Shown one piece after another: positions 1-9,529 of a stretch of 64,000 nucleotides of DNA. Positions within the stretch are counted from its first letter, which is position 1; the number at the start of each line of letters is the position of its first letter. The stretch is taken from positions 736,001-800,000 of the forward strand of contig CBDBBI010000010.1 in NCBI GenBank assembly GCA_965202625.1, given 5' to 3'. The position numbers were made by a program, and so were the translations under genes. Source of the stretch: a bacterium. Its GTDB lineage: Bacteria; UBA8248. The notes below the pieces were generated by a model, which had not been told where the DNA came from, made no database searches, and saw only the letters and a program-made list of their open reading frames with translations.

Positions 1-639
1 CGGGCACTGCGAGGAATTATAGACCGTCACGTCGCCGCTCGGCGACCATTCGGCGATGGAGACGTGCGCCTCGAAGGAGGCGTGCATCTGGCGCGAGGAG
101 GATGTGGAAATCTCGCTCACGTGGTGCGCCTCGTCGAACATCCGGCCCACCTCGCCAAACTCCATGTGCTTGGTGAAGGCGACGTTGTTCGGGTGCGCCT
201 CGTGGAGCACGGGGGCACCCTCGCGCATCGCCTCAAAGGGGTCGAAGACGGCGGGAAGCTCCTCGTAGTCAACGTCGATGAGGTCGAGTGCCTCCTGCGC
301 GGCGTCCTCGGACGTCGCCACCACGGCCGCCACCGAGTCGCCCACGAAGCGCGCCTTGTCGGTAGCAAGAGGACGCTGATCGTAGCAGACGGGAACGACG
401 CCCCAGACCACGTCGTCAGGCACGTCCCTGGCCGTCATCACGAGTTTGACGCCAGGCAGCCTCTCGGCGCGGCTGACGTCGATGTTCCTGATGCGCGCGT
501 GGGGGATGGGGCTGCCCAGCAATTTTCCATGAAGCATTTTGGGCAACAGAAGGTCGAGAGTGTACATGGCCTTTCCCGTCACTTTTTCCGGTCCATCAAC
601 GCGCGGCACGCTTTTTCCGACATAGGCGAGATCAGTCAT
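1..639 (-). CDS. Xanthine dehydrogenase family molybdopterin-binding subunit (N-terminal part, runs off the left edge; not in the ORF track)
   Basis: Manual translation from ATG at 639 with RBS GAGGAGG: MTDLAYVGKSVPRVDGPEKVTGKAMYTLDL..MLHGKLLGSPIPHARIRNIDVSRAERLPGVK..RFVGDSVAAVVA..LIDVDYEELP, the typical XDH/CoxL/HbaC N-terminus. Confidence 0.92.
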   Translation of the reverse strand, partial: MTDLAYVGKSVPRVDGPEKVTGKAMYTLDLLLPKMLHGKLLGSPIPHARIRNIDVSRAERLPGVKLVMTARDVPDDVVWGVVPVCYDQRPLATDKARFVGDSVAAVVATSEDAAQEALDLIDVDYEELPAVFDPFEAMREGAPVLHEAHPNNVAFTKHMEFGEVGRMFDEAHHVSEISTSSSRQMHASFEAHVSIAEWSPSGDVTVYNSSQCP

Positions 640-962
640 GGAGCCTCCTCTCATGGGCGGCGTCATCAAAAGACACCACGGGTACAGGACGTTTTCTGAA
701 TCCTTCAGTCAAGGCAAAAACATAGAATATGCTATCATAGCTCTTTGCAATCGAGTGGAATTCGACGCAATGGGCGGATTATAACAACCTCACAGACGAA
801 ACAAAACTTCCTAAACGCGCCGTCGAACCTCCGCTCCTCCCGCGCGGCCGCCTTGGCCTTCCAGTTTGCCCAGTTTGCGGCGCACGGTCCGCCGTGCTAG
901 AAAGAGATAATAGATTTATCATTAATTCCTGCCTCCCCAAAATGCGGGATTGGAGCGACGCG

Positions 963-1709
963 ATGCCCATTCGTTTTGATTTTCAGGGCCGAAAGGTCAT
1001 TCTCACGGGCGCGGCGGGCGCCATGGGAAGCCGCATTCTGCGAGGCTACGCGGAAGCCGGCGCCCGGGTTTTCGCCACTGACAAGGAAGGGGCCGCCTTT
1101 GAGGCGATGAGCGGCCCGCCCGATCAATTCTTCAAGTATCCCTGCGACCTGACCGACATGACCGCCGTCCGTGCCACCATGCGCGAGGCGCTCGGGTGGC
1201 TTGGCGGCTGCGACGTGCTCGTCAACGTGGCGGGCTACATGCCGATTCGCCCGCCGCTTACGCTTGTCGAGGACGATTGGAATTCCGTCCTCGCCGTGAA
1301 CCTGCTGGCGCCTTATTTCTGTATTCAGGAAACCATCGACGCGCTGAAAGCCTCCGGTACAGGGCGCATTATCAGCTTCGCCTCCATCGCGGGCAAGATG
1401 GGGGGCATTGGGCCCAACCTCACCTACGCCGCCGCCAAGGCGGGCTTGCTCGCCATGACCTTCAATCTCGCGCGTGAACTCGCCAGGACGGGCGTGACGA
1501 TCAACACCATACAACCGGGCCCGGCCGACACGGGACTTCACTTCGAGTCTCCGCCCGAAATGCTGGCCAACGCCGCGAACGCCCACCCCATGGGCAGGCT
1601 GACGACACCCGAGGACGTGTGGCAGACCGTTTTATTTCTATCGAGTGAGGAAGCCGCGCACATCAACGGAGAGGCGGTGGACGTGAACGGCGGCTTCTGG
1701 ACAGACTAG
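963..1709 (+). CDS. Short-chain dehydrogenase/reductase (FabG-like)
   Basis: TGAAGAMG, VNVAG, YAAAK catalytic motif, VDVNGG end; start ATG chosen after GGAG. Confidence 0.9.
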   Translation: MPIRFDFQGRKVILTGAAGAMGSRILRGYAEAGARVFATDKEGAAFEAMSGPPDQFFKYPCDLTDMTAVRATMREALGWLGGCDVLVNVAGYMPIRPPLTLVEDDWNSVLAVNLLAPYFCIQETIDALKASGTGRIISFASIAGKMGGIGPNLTYAAAKAGLLAMTFNLARELARTGVTINTIQPGPADTGLHFESPPEMLANAANAHPMGRLTTPEDVWQTVLFLSSEEAAHINGEAVDVNGGFWTD

Positions 1710-1728
1710 ACAGAGGAGCGACGCCGCC

Positions 1729-2592
1729 ATGTCGGCAGAAAACCCGAAAGGATATTCGAATCCCGACCTGCTCTGGTCGCCCGCGCAGCTGATGTGCCGC
1801 ATGGACGACCCCAGCCTGCGGATCGTGGACACGCGCCCCGGCGAGCGCTATGCGATGGGGCACATTCCCGGAGCGCGTCACTTCAACGTCTATGGCGTCA
1901 ACTGCGATGATTCGAGCGAGGCGACGCTCAAGAATTTTTTCAGCATGTGGGCATTTCTGTTGGGAAACCGGGGTGTGGGGTTCGAGAACGTCATCGTTTT
2001 CTACGACGACGTCCTCGGCCACACGAGCGCGCGCGGATTCTGGATGCTCGAGCTCTTCGGGCACAAGGACGTCCACGTACTCGACGGCGGCTACAGCGCA
2101 TGGGAGCGGGCGGGCTTCGAGACGACGCGCGACGCCCAGCCGCCCCAGCCCGTCGCCTTCGAGATGGCGTTTGAGCCAGAGCGTCTTGCCACGAGAGAGG
2201 ACGTGGCGCGCGCCATTGAGGATGACAACCACATCCTGCTCGACACCAGATCTCTGGAAGAGTGGGAGGCGAGGCGCGTCCTGGCAAAGCAAGGCGGAAT
2301 CATCCCCGGCGCCGTCTGGCAGGAATGGCTGCGGCACCTGACGCCCGAGGGTGAGATGAAGCCCGCCGATGCGTTGCGGGCGCAATTCGAAGAACTCGGA
2401 ATCACGCCCGACAAAGAGGTGACCGCCTACTGACAGACGGGCTACCGTGCGGCGCACGGTTATCTCGCCTTGCGGCTGCTGGATCATCCAAAGATGCGAA
2501 ACTACATGAGCTCCTGGAAGGAGTGGGGGAATCGGGAGGATACTCCCATCGCGCAGGCCAAGACCCAATCTCAGGGCGAACAGCGAGAATGA
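1729..2592 (+). CDS. Two-domain rhodanese/sulfurtransferase (TST/MST, SseA-like), probable selenoprotein with Sec at codon 235
   Basis: GHIPGA, LDGG, LLDTRS..E and GIIPGA motifs; in-frame TGA at 2431-2433 inside the active-site loop Y-[TGA]-QTGYRAAH; frame continues LALRLLDHPKMRNYMSSWKEWG to TGA at 2590-2592. Confidence 0.88.
2444..2460 (+). promoter_or_regulatory. Candidate bacterial SECIS hairpin
   Basis: ACCGTGC-GGC-GCACGGT perfect 7-bp stem, G-initiated loop 17 nt after the UGA. Confidence 0.7.
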
Positions 2593-2621
2593 AGCGCGTC
2601 GCCCACCCGCTGGACAGGAGT

Positions 2622-2649
2622 TTGCGTATTGAAGCCCATGAGGTAAAAT
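2622..2649 (+). promoter_or_regulatory. Possible sigma70 promoter of the ABC operon
   Basis: TTGCGT-N16-TAAAAT upstream of 2746. Confidence 0.4.
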
Positions 2650-2745
2650 GGGGCATATTGAAACATTACAAAAAGTTCAATGGCCTGGAACGTCTATCGC
2701 GTCGTGGCCACTTCCATTCATGACGAATTCCTGGAGGTTCACAGC

Positions 2746-3762
2746 ATGAAGATGAATTTCGCTCGCATCATCCTCGCCCTCGGCGTCGCCTGCGGCGTTT
2801 CGGCAGCGAATCTCGCGTCGGCGGCACCCACCCTTCGCCTCGGCGCGGCCAGCAACACCGGCGGTCTCATCGTATTCGTCGGCGTCGATAAAGGGTTTTT
2901 TGCGAAAAACGGACTGGACGCGAAAGTCGTCGTGCGCAACACCGGCGCCCAGCTCACCAAATCCCTCAAGGCGGGGCAGATTGATTTCGCCCCCGCCGCG
3001 TTCACCAACCTGCCGGCGGCGCTCGAGCGCGGCATCAAGGTGCGGGGCGTCGTGGGCTACGTCGGCGGTTCTTACAAGAAATCCACGACCGATGAGATGG
3101 TGGGCATCGCCGTGCGCCCTGAAAGCGGCATCAAAACCATCGCGGACCTCAAGGGCAAAAAAATCGGCTCCACCTTCGGCTCTACCGGCGACCTCTACCT
3201 CCGCACCCTTCTGAACAAAAACGGCATCGGCGCAGGCGGCGTGCGCCGCATCAACGTGCGCCCACCGAGCATCGTCTCCCTGTTCGACTCCGGAGGCGTG
3301 GACGCCATGGTGGCGTGGGAACCCTACCTCACCCGCATGACCGACAAGGTGAAGGGCGCCTCTCTCGTGTCGCGCGGCGGCGATTACGTCTGCTTCTGCG
3401 CAGGAATGCACGGCGTGCCGGAGCGCGTGTATAAAGATAGGAAAGCGACGCAGGCGTTCGTCAACGGAATGTCCGAGGCCGCCGCCTACGTGCGGGACGC
3501 CAAGAACCGGGAAGAAGTGTCCAAAATCGGCGCTCGCTACGTTCGAGGCATGGACGCCTCCCTCATCAAGCGCACCATCAAGTGGTGGACCTATGACCCG
3601 CGCCTGGGCGAGAATACGCTGAAGGCCTTCAATTTTTCGGTAAAACAGCTTATCGCCCAGAAGAAAATGAAGCGGCCATACGACCCCAAAAAATACTTCG
3701 ACTTCCAGTTTATCAACCGGACGATAAAAGAGCATCCGGAGTGGTTCAAGGATCTGAACTAG
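2746..3762 (+). CDS. ABC transporter substrate-binding protein (NitT/TauT, SsuA/NMT1-like)
   Basis: Signal peptide, KGFFAKNGLD, IKTIADLKGKKIG, DAMVAWEPY; RBS GGAGG. Confidence 0.9.
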   Translation: MKMNFARIILALGVACGVSAANLASAAPTLRLGAASNTGGLIVFVGVDKGFFAKNGLDAKVVVRNTGAQLTKSLKAGQIDFAPAAFTNLPAALERGIKVRGVVGYVGGSYKKSTTDEMVGIAVRPESGIKTIADLKGKKIGSTFGSTGDLYLRTLLNKNGIGAGGVRRINVRPPSIVSLFDSGGVDAMVAWEPYLTRMTDKVKGASLVSRGGDYVCFCAGMHGVPERVYKDRKATQAFVNGMSEAAAYVRDAKNREEVSKIGARYVRGMDASLIKRTIKWWTYDPRLGENTLKAFNFSVKQLIAQKKMKRPYDPKKYFDFQFINRTIKEHPEWFKDLN

Positions 3763-3837
3763 CCGCGCGCGCCTTCAACATCCGCGCCCTGATCGTCGTC
3801 GGGGCGCGGATTGCGCTTTGAAAGGAAACGGAAAAAA

Positions 3838-4626
3838 ATGCCGTCCAAACTGGTCGTCCATGGGCTGTCGCACCGCTATCCGGATGAATACACGGGAGAG
3901 GACGTTCACGCTCTTGACCAGGTGAGCCTCGCCGTGGAGGACGGCGAGTTCTCCGCCGTCGTCGGCCCGAGCGGCTGCGGAAAGACCACGCTGCTCAACA
4001 TCCTCGCCGGCCTTCTTCCCCACACAGAGGGCAGCGTTCAGGTTGACGGCAAGGAGGTTCAGGGACCGGGGCCGGACCGGGGGGTGGTCTTTCAGGAGCA
4101 CGCGATTCTTCCCTGGCGCTCCGTCGCGAGAAACATCGGCCACGGCCTCGAGATTCAGGGCGTCCCCAAGGAGGAGAGAGCGAAAAGAGTTCAGGAATTC
4201 ATTGACCTGGTCGGCTTGTCGGGCTTTGAGGACCGTTATCCCCACGAGCTCTCAGGCGGCATGAAGCAGCGCTGCGCGCTCGCGCGCACGCTGTGCGCCA
4301 ACCCCGTCGTGATGCTGATGGACGAACCCTTCGCCGCAGTGGACGCGCAGACGAGAATCACTCTGCAAGAAGAGTTGAACCGCATCGCCATCGCGACGGG
4401 GAAAACCATCCTTTTCATCACCCACAACGTGGATGAAGCCGCGTTTCTGGGAGATCGCTGCTTCATCTTCTCGCGCCGCCCGGGAAGGCTGAAGGCCACC
4501 GTGAAAATCGAGATTCCGCGCGAGAAACGCATTTGGAAGAATTTGCTCTCCGAGAGGGACTACACCGAACCGCGCGATGAAATTCTGCGCCTCGTGCGCG
4601 AGGAGGTCTCTGATGAGGAGGAGTAG
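3838..4626 (+). CDS. ABC transporter ATP-binding protein (NitT/TauT)
   Basis: GPSGCGKT Walker A, LSGGMKQ signature, LMDEPF Walker B. Confidence 0.95.
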   Translation: MPSKLVVHGLSHRYPDEYTGEDVHALDQVSLAVEDGEFSAVVGPSGCGKTTLLNILAGLLPHTEGSVQVDGKEVQGPGPDRGVVFQEHAILPWRSVARNIGHGLEIQGVPKEERAKRVQEFIDLVGLSGFEDRYPHELSGGMKQRCALARTLCANPVVMLMDEPFAAVDAQTRITLQEELNRIAIATGKTILFITHNVDEAAFLGDRCFIFSRRPGRLKATVKIEIPREKRIWKNLLSERDYTEPRDEILRLVREEVSDEEE

Positions 4627-5437
4627 GGAGGCGACTCCTCGGAAAAAACCACGCTCGATGCGGTGGAGGAGGTTCACCAAAGAAGGCGGCGTCGAACTGC
4701 TGCTCCTCATTACGGGCATTTTCCTCCTTTGGTCCCTCATCTCGCAGATCATCCCCAACCCGAGCCGCTACCTCCCCTCGCCCGTTTCCGTCGTCCTATC
4801 TTCCTACGACGTCATCTGGAAAGGTCTCCTGCCCAACTATATCGGGCAAACTCTTTGGCGTCTCCTCATCGGCAGCGCCATCGGCCTCCTGCTGGGCATT
4901 CCGTTTGGAATCGCTCTTGGTCTCAATCGCACGGTATCGGACATGTTCTACCCCATCATGAATTTCTTCCAGTCCATATCGGGCATCGCCATACTACCCA
5001 TCATCGTCGTCTGGTGGGGCAACAGCGAAAAGACGGTGTTCGCCGTCATCCTCTACACCTGTTTCTTCCCGATCACCTTCAACGTCCTGACGGGCGTGCG
5101 CAGCACCCCGATGATACTGGTGAACGCCCTGCGCACTCTGGGGGCCTCGCGTCTGCGAATCGTGAAGGACGTCCTCATTCCAAGCGCCATGCCCCACATC
5201 GCGACCGGGGCGAGGCTGGGCATCGGCTACGCCTGGCGCGCGGTCATCGCAGGCGAGATGCTCGCCGGCAGACGCGGCCTGGGGTGGATGATCTTCACCG
5301 CGCAGGACGCAGACCTCACCGCTCAGGTGATCCTCGGCATGGTGATGATTGGCGCCATCTGGATCATGATCGACCGCTTCGCCCTCCGCCCCATCGAGGC
5401 AGACACAATTCAGCGCTGGGGACTCGTGCAGCGATGA
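4613..5437 (+). CDS. ABC transporter permease (NitT/TauT)
   Basis: Hydrophobic helices, YLPSP, EAA-like loop ALRTLGAS, IAGEM. Confidence 0.92.
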   Translation: MRRSREATPRKKPRSMRWRRFTKEGGVELLLLITGIFLLWSLISQIIPNPSRYLPSPVSVVLSSYDVIWKGLLPNYIGQTLWRLLIGSAIGLLLGIPFGIALGLNRTVSDMFYPIMNFFQSISGIAILPIIVVWWGNSEKTVFAVILYTCFFPITFNVLTGVRSTPMILVNALRTLGASRLRIVKDVLIPSAMPHIATGARLGIGYAWRAVIAGEMLAGRRGLGWMIFTAQDADLTAQVILGMVMIGAIWIMIDRFALRPIEADTIQRWGLVQR

Positions 5438-6294
5438 GCGCCCTCCAGACGGCGACCATCGCCCTGCAAAAGCGCTTTGGCCGCCAAAGACTGCGAAAGA
5501 TCATGCTGGGCGCTGTCCCCTTCGTCTCCCTGCTCGCTTTGTGGCAGATGAACGCCGTCCTCGAATGGCTTCCGCCGGTATTCATTCCGCCTATCGCATC
5601 CATCTGGGAGGCGATATATACGCTCTCGGAGGGCTGCTCCGGCGTCGGCGGGGCACTCAGCATGCAGTATGAATGTCTCTTCACCAACCATATATTTTCA
5701 AGCCTGGGCCGCGTGGGGCTCAGCCTCCTCATCGGCATTCCTTTCGGGATCGCACTTGGCGTGCTGGCGGGCATGAGCCGCCGTTTTGCCCACGCCCTCG
5801 AGCCCATCGGCGTATTCGCTAATGCCATATCAGGCATCGCCTGGGTGCCCCTAGCCATCGTCTGGTTTGGAACCGGCTGGCTCACGACGCTTTTCATCCT
5901 GCTGAACACCGTCTTCTGGCTCGTATTCTTCAACACGCTTCTGGGCGTTCGGGGCGTGCCCCGGGTATATGAAAACTCCGTCATGACGCTCGGTGGCGGC
6001 AGGTGGGCCATCATCTCTCAGGTATATATTCCGGGCGCGCTTCCCAGCATCGTCACCGGAGTGCGCATGAGCATGGGGTTTGGATGGCGCGCGCTCATCG
6101 CTGCGGAAATGATAGGCGGCGACAGCGGCCTGGGCTTCATGATCTTCGTCTCCGCGGCTGAATACAAAATTGAGGAGGTGTTCCTGGGCGTTCTCATCAT
6201 CGCCGTCATCTGGATGATCACCGACAGACTGCTTCTCATTCCCCTGGAGAGATGGACCATCCAGAGATGGGGCATGGTATGGAGACCGTCCTAG
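5434..6294 (+). CDS. ABC transporter permease (NitT/TauT)
   Basis: ATGA overlap with the previous gene; TM helices, WRALIAAEMIGGDSGLG. Confidence 0.92.
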   Translation: MSALQTATIALQKRFGRQRLRKIMLGAVPFVSLLALWQMNAVLEWLPPVFIPPIASIWEAIYTLSEGCSGVGGALSMQYECLFTNHIFSSLGRVGLSLLIGIPFGIALGVLAGMSRRFAHALEPIGVFANAISGIAWVPLAIVWFGTGWLTTLFILLNTVFWLVFFNTLLGVRGVPRVYENSVMTLGGGRWAIISQVYIPGALPSIVTGVRMSMGFGWRALIAAEMIGGDSGLGFMIFVSAAEYKIEEVFLGVLIIAVIWMITDRLLLIPLERWTIQRWGMVWRPS

Positions 6295-6295
6295 A

Positions 6296-6664
6296 ATGAT
6301 GGATGATACCAGAGCCATCTTGAAGGGCGCGCTGGGCGATCGCCACTGGAGCCGGCACCCTACCGCGCGTTTTCTGATCGCCACCGCCCTTTTGTTCGGC
6401 CTGTATTATGGATACGGCTACGTGACAGCACCCTCGCGCCTCACCCCCGCCCTCAAAGCGCACCTGGCGACCAACGCGGGCAAGGTTGACCTGCTCGTCA
6501 CCTCGAAATTTCCGCCAGAAGAATTTCATATCCGCATCTATCAGGAGTTGGGCAGCATGCGCGGCGTGAAAGACTCGACAGCGAAGTTGGTCTCCGTCAC
6601 GCCCTCAGGTTTACGGACGCTCTCCCAGTATTATTGGGTAGAAAAAATAGATTTGAAGAAGTAA
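6296..6664 (+). CDS. Small membrane-anchored hypothetical protein
   Basis: Starts 1 nt after the permease stop; single TM segment, then a soluble domain with FPPEEFH. Confidence 0.7.
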   Translation: MMDDTRAILKGALGDRHWSRHPTARFLIATALLFGLYYGYGYVTAPSRLTPALKAHLATNAGKVDLLVTSKFPPEEFHIRIYQELGSMRGVKDSTAKLVSVTPSGLRTLSQYYWVEKIDLKK

Positions 6665-6899
6665 TAAAAGAATCGCAGTGGGTTGAACCCCGTCTTGGCA
6701 ATGGCATCTCACCCGACATATCGCCGTTATTCTCGGTGTAGCCAGACAAAAATAATTGGGAATTCGCGCAAAAATAATTGTGAATAGCCTAGTAAAACGG
6801 CCGTGCAAGGGCGTTGAAAAAGTCGTTCAAAGCAGATCGTCGAGCGAGATGGCAGCGGCGTTCACGTTCGTGCGCATGACGCGGCGATCGCCGCGCAAT

Positions 6900-7325
6900 T
6901 TACTCGCTCCTTTTATACAGATTTTCGAACGTGCCGTGGTCTTTCTCAACGTCCGCCATCTCGCGGAAGATTTCCTCATATCCCGGGGGGGAGAAAATCC
7001 AGACGAGTTTCAGGGGCGCGTCGCCCGTGTTCTTCAGGCCATGCTCTACGCCCACGGGCAAAAATGCGCTCATGCCCGACGTGACGTGGTATGCCTCGCC
7101 GTCCACCTCCAACTCGGCTTCGCCTTCGTGGAAGAAGAGGATTTCCTCCTCTCTCTCATGAATGTGGCGGGGAATTCCGCCGCCGACGGGAATGTCCTGA
7201 TTTCCCATGCTCAGCATTCGGGAACTCGTATTCCGGGGGTCGATCATGATACGCCAGCCCCGGGCCAGCTCCACCTCGCGCATCTCCAGCTTCTCACCAT
7301 CGTCCCAACCGAATACGTATGCCAT
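6900..7325 (-). CDS. Cupin domain protein
   Basis: HIH..EEILFFHEG and PVGVEHGLKNTG metal-binding motifs. Confidence 0.9.
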   Translation of the reverse strand: MAYVFGWDDGEKLEMREVELARGWRIMIDPRNTSSRMLSMGNQDIPVGGGIPRHIHEREEEILFFHEGEAELEVDGEAYHVTSGMSAFLPVGVEHGLKNTGDAPLKLVWIFSPPGYEEIFREMADVEKDHGTFENLYKRSE

Positions 7326-7454
7326 ATGAACACCCTCCCCCCCGGCCTTCGCACGCGAACGCGTGCGTCGCGCTCTGCATCCGAGACTACGCGAGACGAA
7401 CAGAAAGGCACACCGCTGAGACGGCGCGCCCTGAAACCTTCGCGGGAATAATGT

Positions 7455-8492
7455 TCAGGCTACTGCGGGGACGACTTCCTTGGCGAATCTTTCCAGCAAT
7501 TTAAGGGATTCCTCATGCTTCATTCCGTCACCATAGACGCCCAGAATCACGTGGTTCAGGCCAAAATCGTCCCTCAGCCGGTAGAGTTCCTGAACGTTCT
7601 CCTCCACGGAGCCAATGACGCCGCCGCCCTTCAGAAACTCGCGCACGTCGAGCTTGTAGCTCCAGTTTCTCTGGAGGTGCCTGCCCTCCTCGTCGCTGAA
7701 CTCCACCTCGTTCACTCTGGCGCGGTATTCGAGATAAGAAGAAAGGCCCTGCTCGAAGGTTTTCAGATAATCGACCTGCTCGTCATCCTCACAGACGTAG
7801 AAGCGATGCGTCATGGCATAGTCGATCTCGGACACGTCGCCCCCGGCCTCCGCCACGGCTTCTTCGTAGATCTTCATCTTCGAGCGATAGACTTCTGGTC
7901 CCTTGAAGCCGGCCGAGGCCATGATCTTAAACCCGTTGGTGCCGGCATAAGCGTAGGTTTCCGGGCTCGTGCCCGCCAACCAGATGGGCGGCCTCGGCTG
8001 TTGCAGAGGTTGGGGAAAAATCCGCACGTCCTTGCACTGGTAGTGCTCTCCCTCGAACGTCAGGTTCTCTCCCTCCAACAGCCTAGAGACGATCTCCAGT
8101 CCCTCCACGAGGCGCTTTCTGCTCTCCGATGGTTTCACGCCGAAAGTCTTGAACTCCTTGGGTTGGGAACCCCGGCCCACGCCCAGATCGAGCCGCCCGC
8201 CACTCAGCAAGTCAGCCATCGCCGCCTGCTCCGCCAAACGCACCGGATTGTGGAAGGGCATGATGGATATCGCCGTTCCCAGCCGGATATTTTTCGTCTT
8301 TTGGGCTACCGCCGCGCACAAAAGAAGCGGGTCGGGACACATACCCACTCTTGAGAAATGGTGTTCGGCGAACCAGACGCAATGATAGCCGAGCTCATCA
8401 GCCGCCTGGCATTGCTCCATCACCCTCCGGTAGGCATCCGCCTCGGACTCCTCCTCTCGGGGACATACCACGTAAAAAAGTGAAAATTTCAT
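7455..8492 (-). CDS. Luciferase-like (LLM class) flavin-dependent oxidoreductase
   Basis: WFAEHHF, IRLGTA, AEQAAMADLLSGGRLDLGVGRG, PQPLQQPRPPIW. Confidence 0.93.
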   Translation of the reverse strand: MKFSLFYVVCPREEESEADAYRRVMEQCQAADELGYHCVWFAEHHFSRVGMCPDPLLLCAAVAQKTKNIRLGTAISIMPFHNPVRLAEQAAMADLLSGGRLDLGVGRGSQPKEFKTFGVKPSESRKRLVEGLEIVSRLLEGENLTFEGEHYQCKDVRIFPQPLQQPRPPIWLAGTSPETYAYAGTNGFKIMASAGFKGPEVYRSKMKIYEEAVAEAGGDVSEIDYAMTHRFYVCEDDEQVDYLKTFEQGLSSYLEYRARVNEVEFSDEEGRHLQRNWSYKLDVREFLKGGGVIGSVEENVQELYRLRDDFGLNHVILGVYGDGMKHEESLKLLERFAKEVVPAVA

Positions 8493-8684
8493 ATCACGCC
8501 ACTCCTGTCCCCTTGCCTAACGCATGGAAACCATATCTTTTCATCCGCATCACGGGCGGCTCAAGTTGTTTGGTGTAATTTATCCAGTTTATCATACTTC
8601 TCCAAGGCTGCGAAGAAGCCTGACGCTCAGAAGACGTCGTTCCACTTGCGCACCAAGGCCAGGCGTTATTCGAGGAGAAAGCAC

Positions 8685-9434
8685 ATGCGTTTCGAGGGCA
8701 GGACGATCATCGTCACAGGAGCGGGCGCGGGCATTGGCCGGGCGAGCGCGCTCAGACTCGCGCGCGAGGGCGCACACGTCGTTTGCATGGACGTCGCCGA
8801 ATCGCGCGAGGATACTGCCAGACGCATCAAAGAAGGCGGGGTTGGCGGCGCAAGCGCGGCGGCCCTCGACGTGGGCGATGCGGAGGGGGTGAAAAAAATT
8901 TTTCGGGAAACCATTCGGACGCACGGGCGGATCGACGGGCTCGTCAACTGCGTTGGCGGAGGCTCTCCCCTTCTGGCACTGGAAATTGACGAGCGGGCTT
9001 TCGACAAAATGTTCGAGCTGAACGTGAAAAGCGTCTATCGAGCCTGCTGGGCGGTACTGCCTCACATGCAAGAGCGAAAGGCCGGCAAAATCGTCAATTT
9101 CTCCTCCGTCGCGGGGCGCTCGGCCAGCGTGCTCCAGGGCCCGCATTACTCAAGCTCCAAAGCCGCCGTCATCGGCTTGACGCGCCACCTCGCCCGAGAG
9201 TTTGGCCCCCACAACGTCAACGTGAACGCCATCGCCCCAGGCGTCGTCGGCACAAAACGCATCCTTGCGCAAATGAGCGACGCACAAAGAAAAAAAACGG
9301 AAGCCGCCACGCCCCTGGGACGAATCGGTACGCCCGAGGATATCGCGGGCGTCGTCGCTTTTCTCGCCTCCGACGATGCTCGCCACGTCACCGGCGTCAC
9401 CATCGACGTGAACGGGGGCTTCTTTCTGGCCTAG
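8685..9434 (+). CDS. Short-chain dehydrogenase/reductase
   Basis: TGAGAGIG, YSSSK, VNAIAPG, IDVNGG; RBS GAGGAG. Confidence 0.92.
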   Translation: MRFEGRTIIVTGAGAGIGRASALRLAREGAHVVCMDVAESREDTARRIKEGGVGGASAAALDVGDAEGVKKIFRETIRTHGRIDGLVNCVGGGSPLLALEIDERAFDKMFELNVKSVYRACWAVLPHMQERKAGKIVNFSSVAGRSASVLQGPHYSSSKAAVIGLTRHLAREFGPHNVNVNAIAPGVVGTKRILAQMSDAQRKKTEAATPLGRIGTPEDIAGVVAFLASDDARHVTGVTIDVNGGFFLA

Positions 9435-9529
9435 ATGAGAATTTCACGACATGGCCCGCGCATCCACCTGAACCAGCTGGCTGCGCTTCGCGGTCGCGCC
9501 GCAAAATCGAATTTCAACGTATCTGCGTC

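Noticed and set aside
64-699. 211-aa plus-strand ORF
   Set aside because: Antisense shadow of the XDH-family gene on the minus strand.
4663-5433. N-terminal 257 aa of the 543-aa track ORF
   Set aside because: Off-frame overlap with the first permease; the real gene starts at the ATGA overlap at 5434.
6805-6895. GGGCGTTGAAAAAGTC resembling an IS/MITE end, plus a 16-bp palindrome at 6880-6895
   Set aside because: No partner inverted end, target duplication or transposase found.
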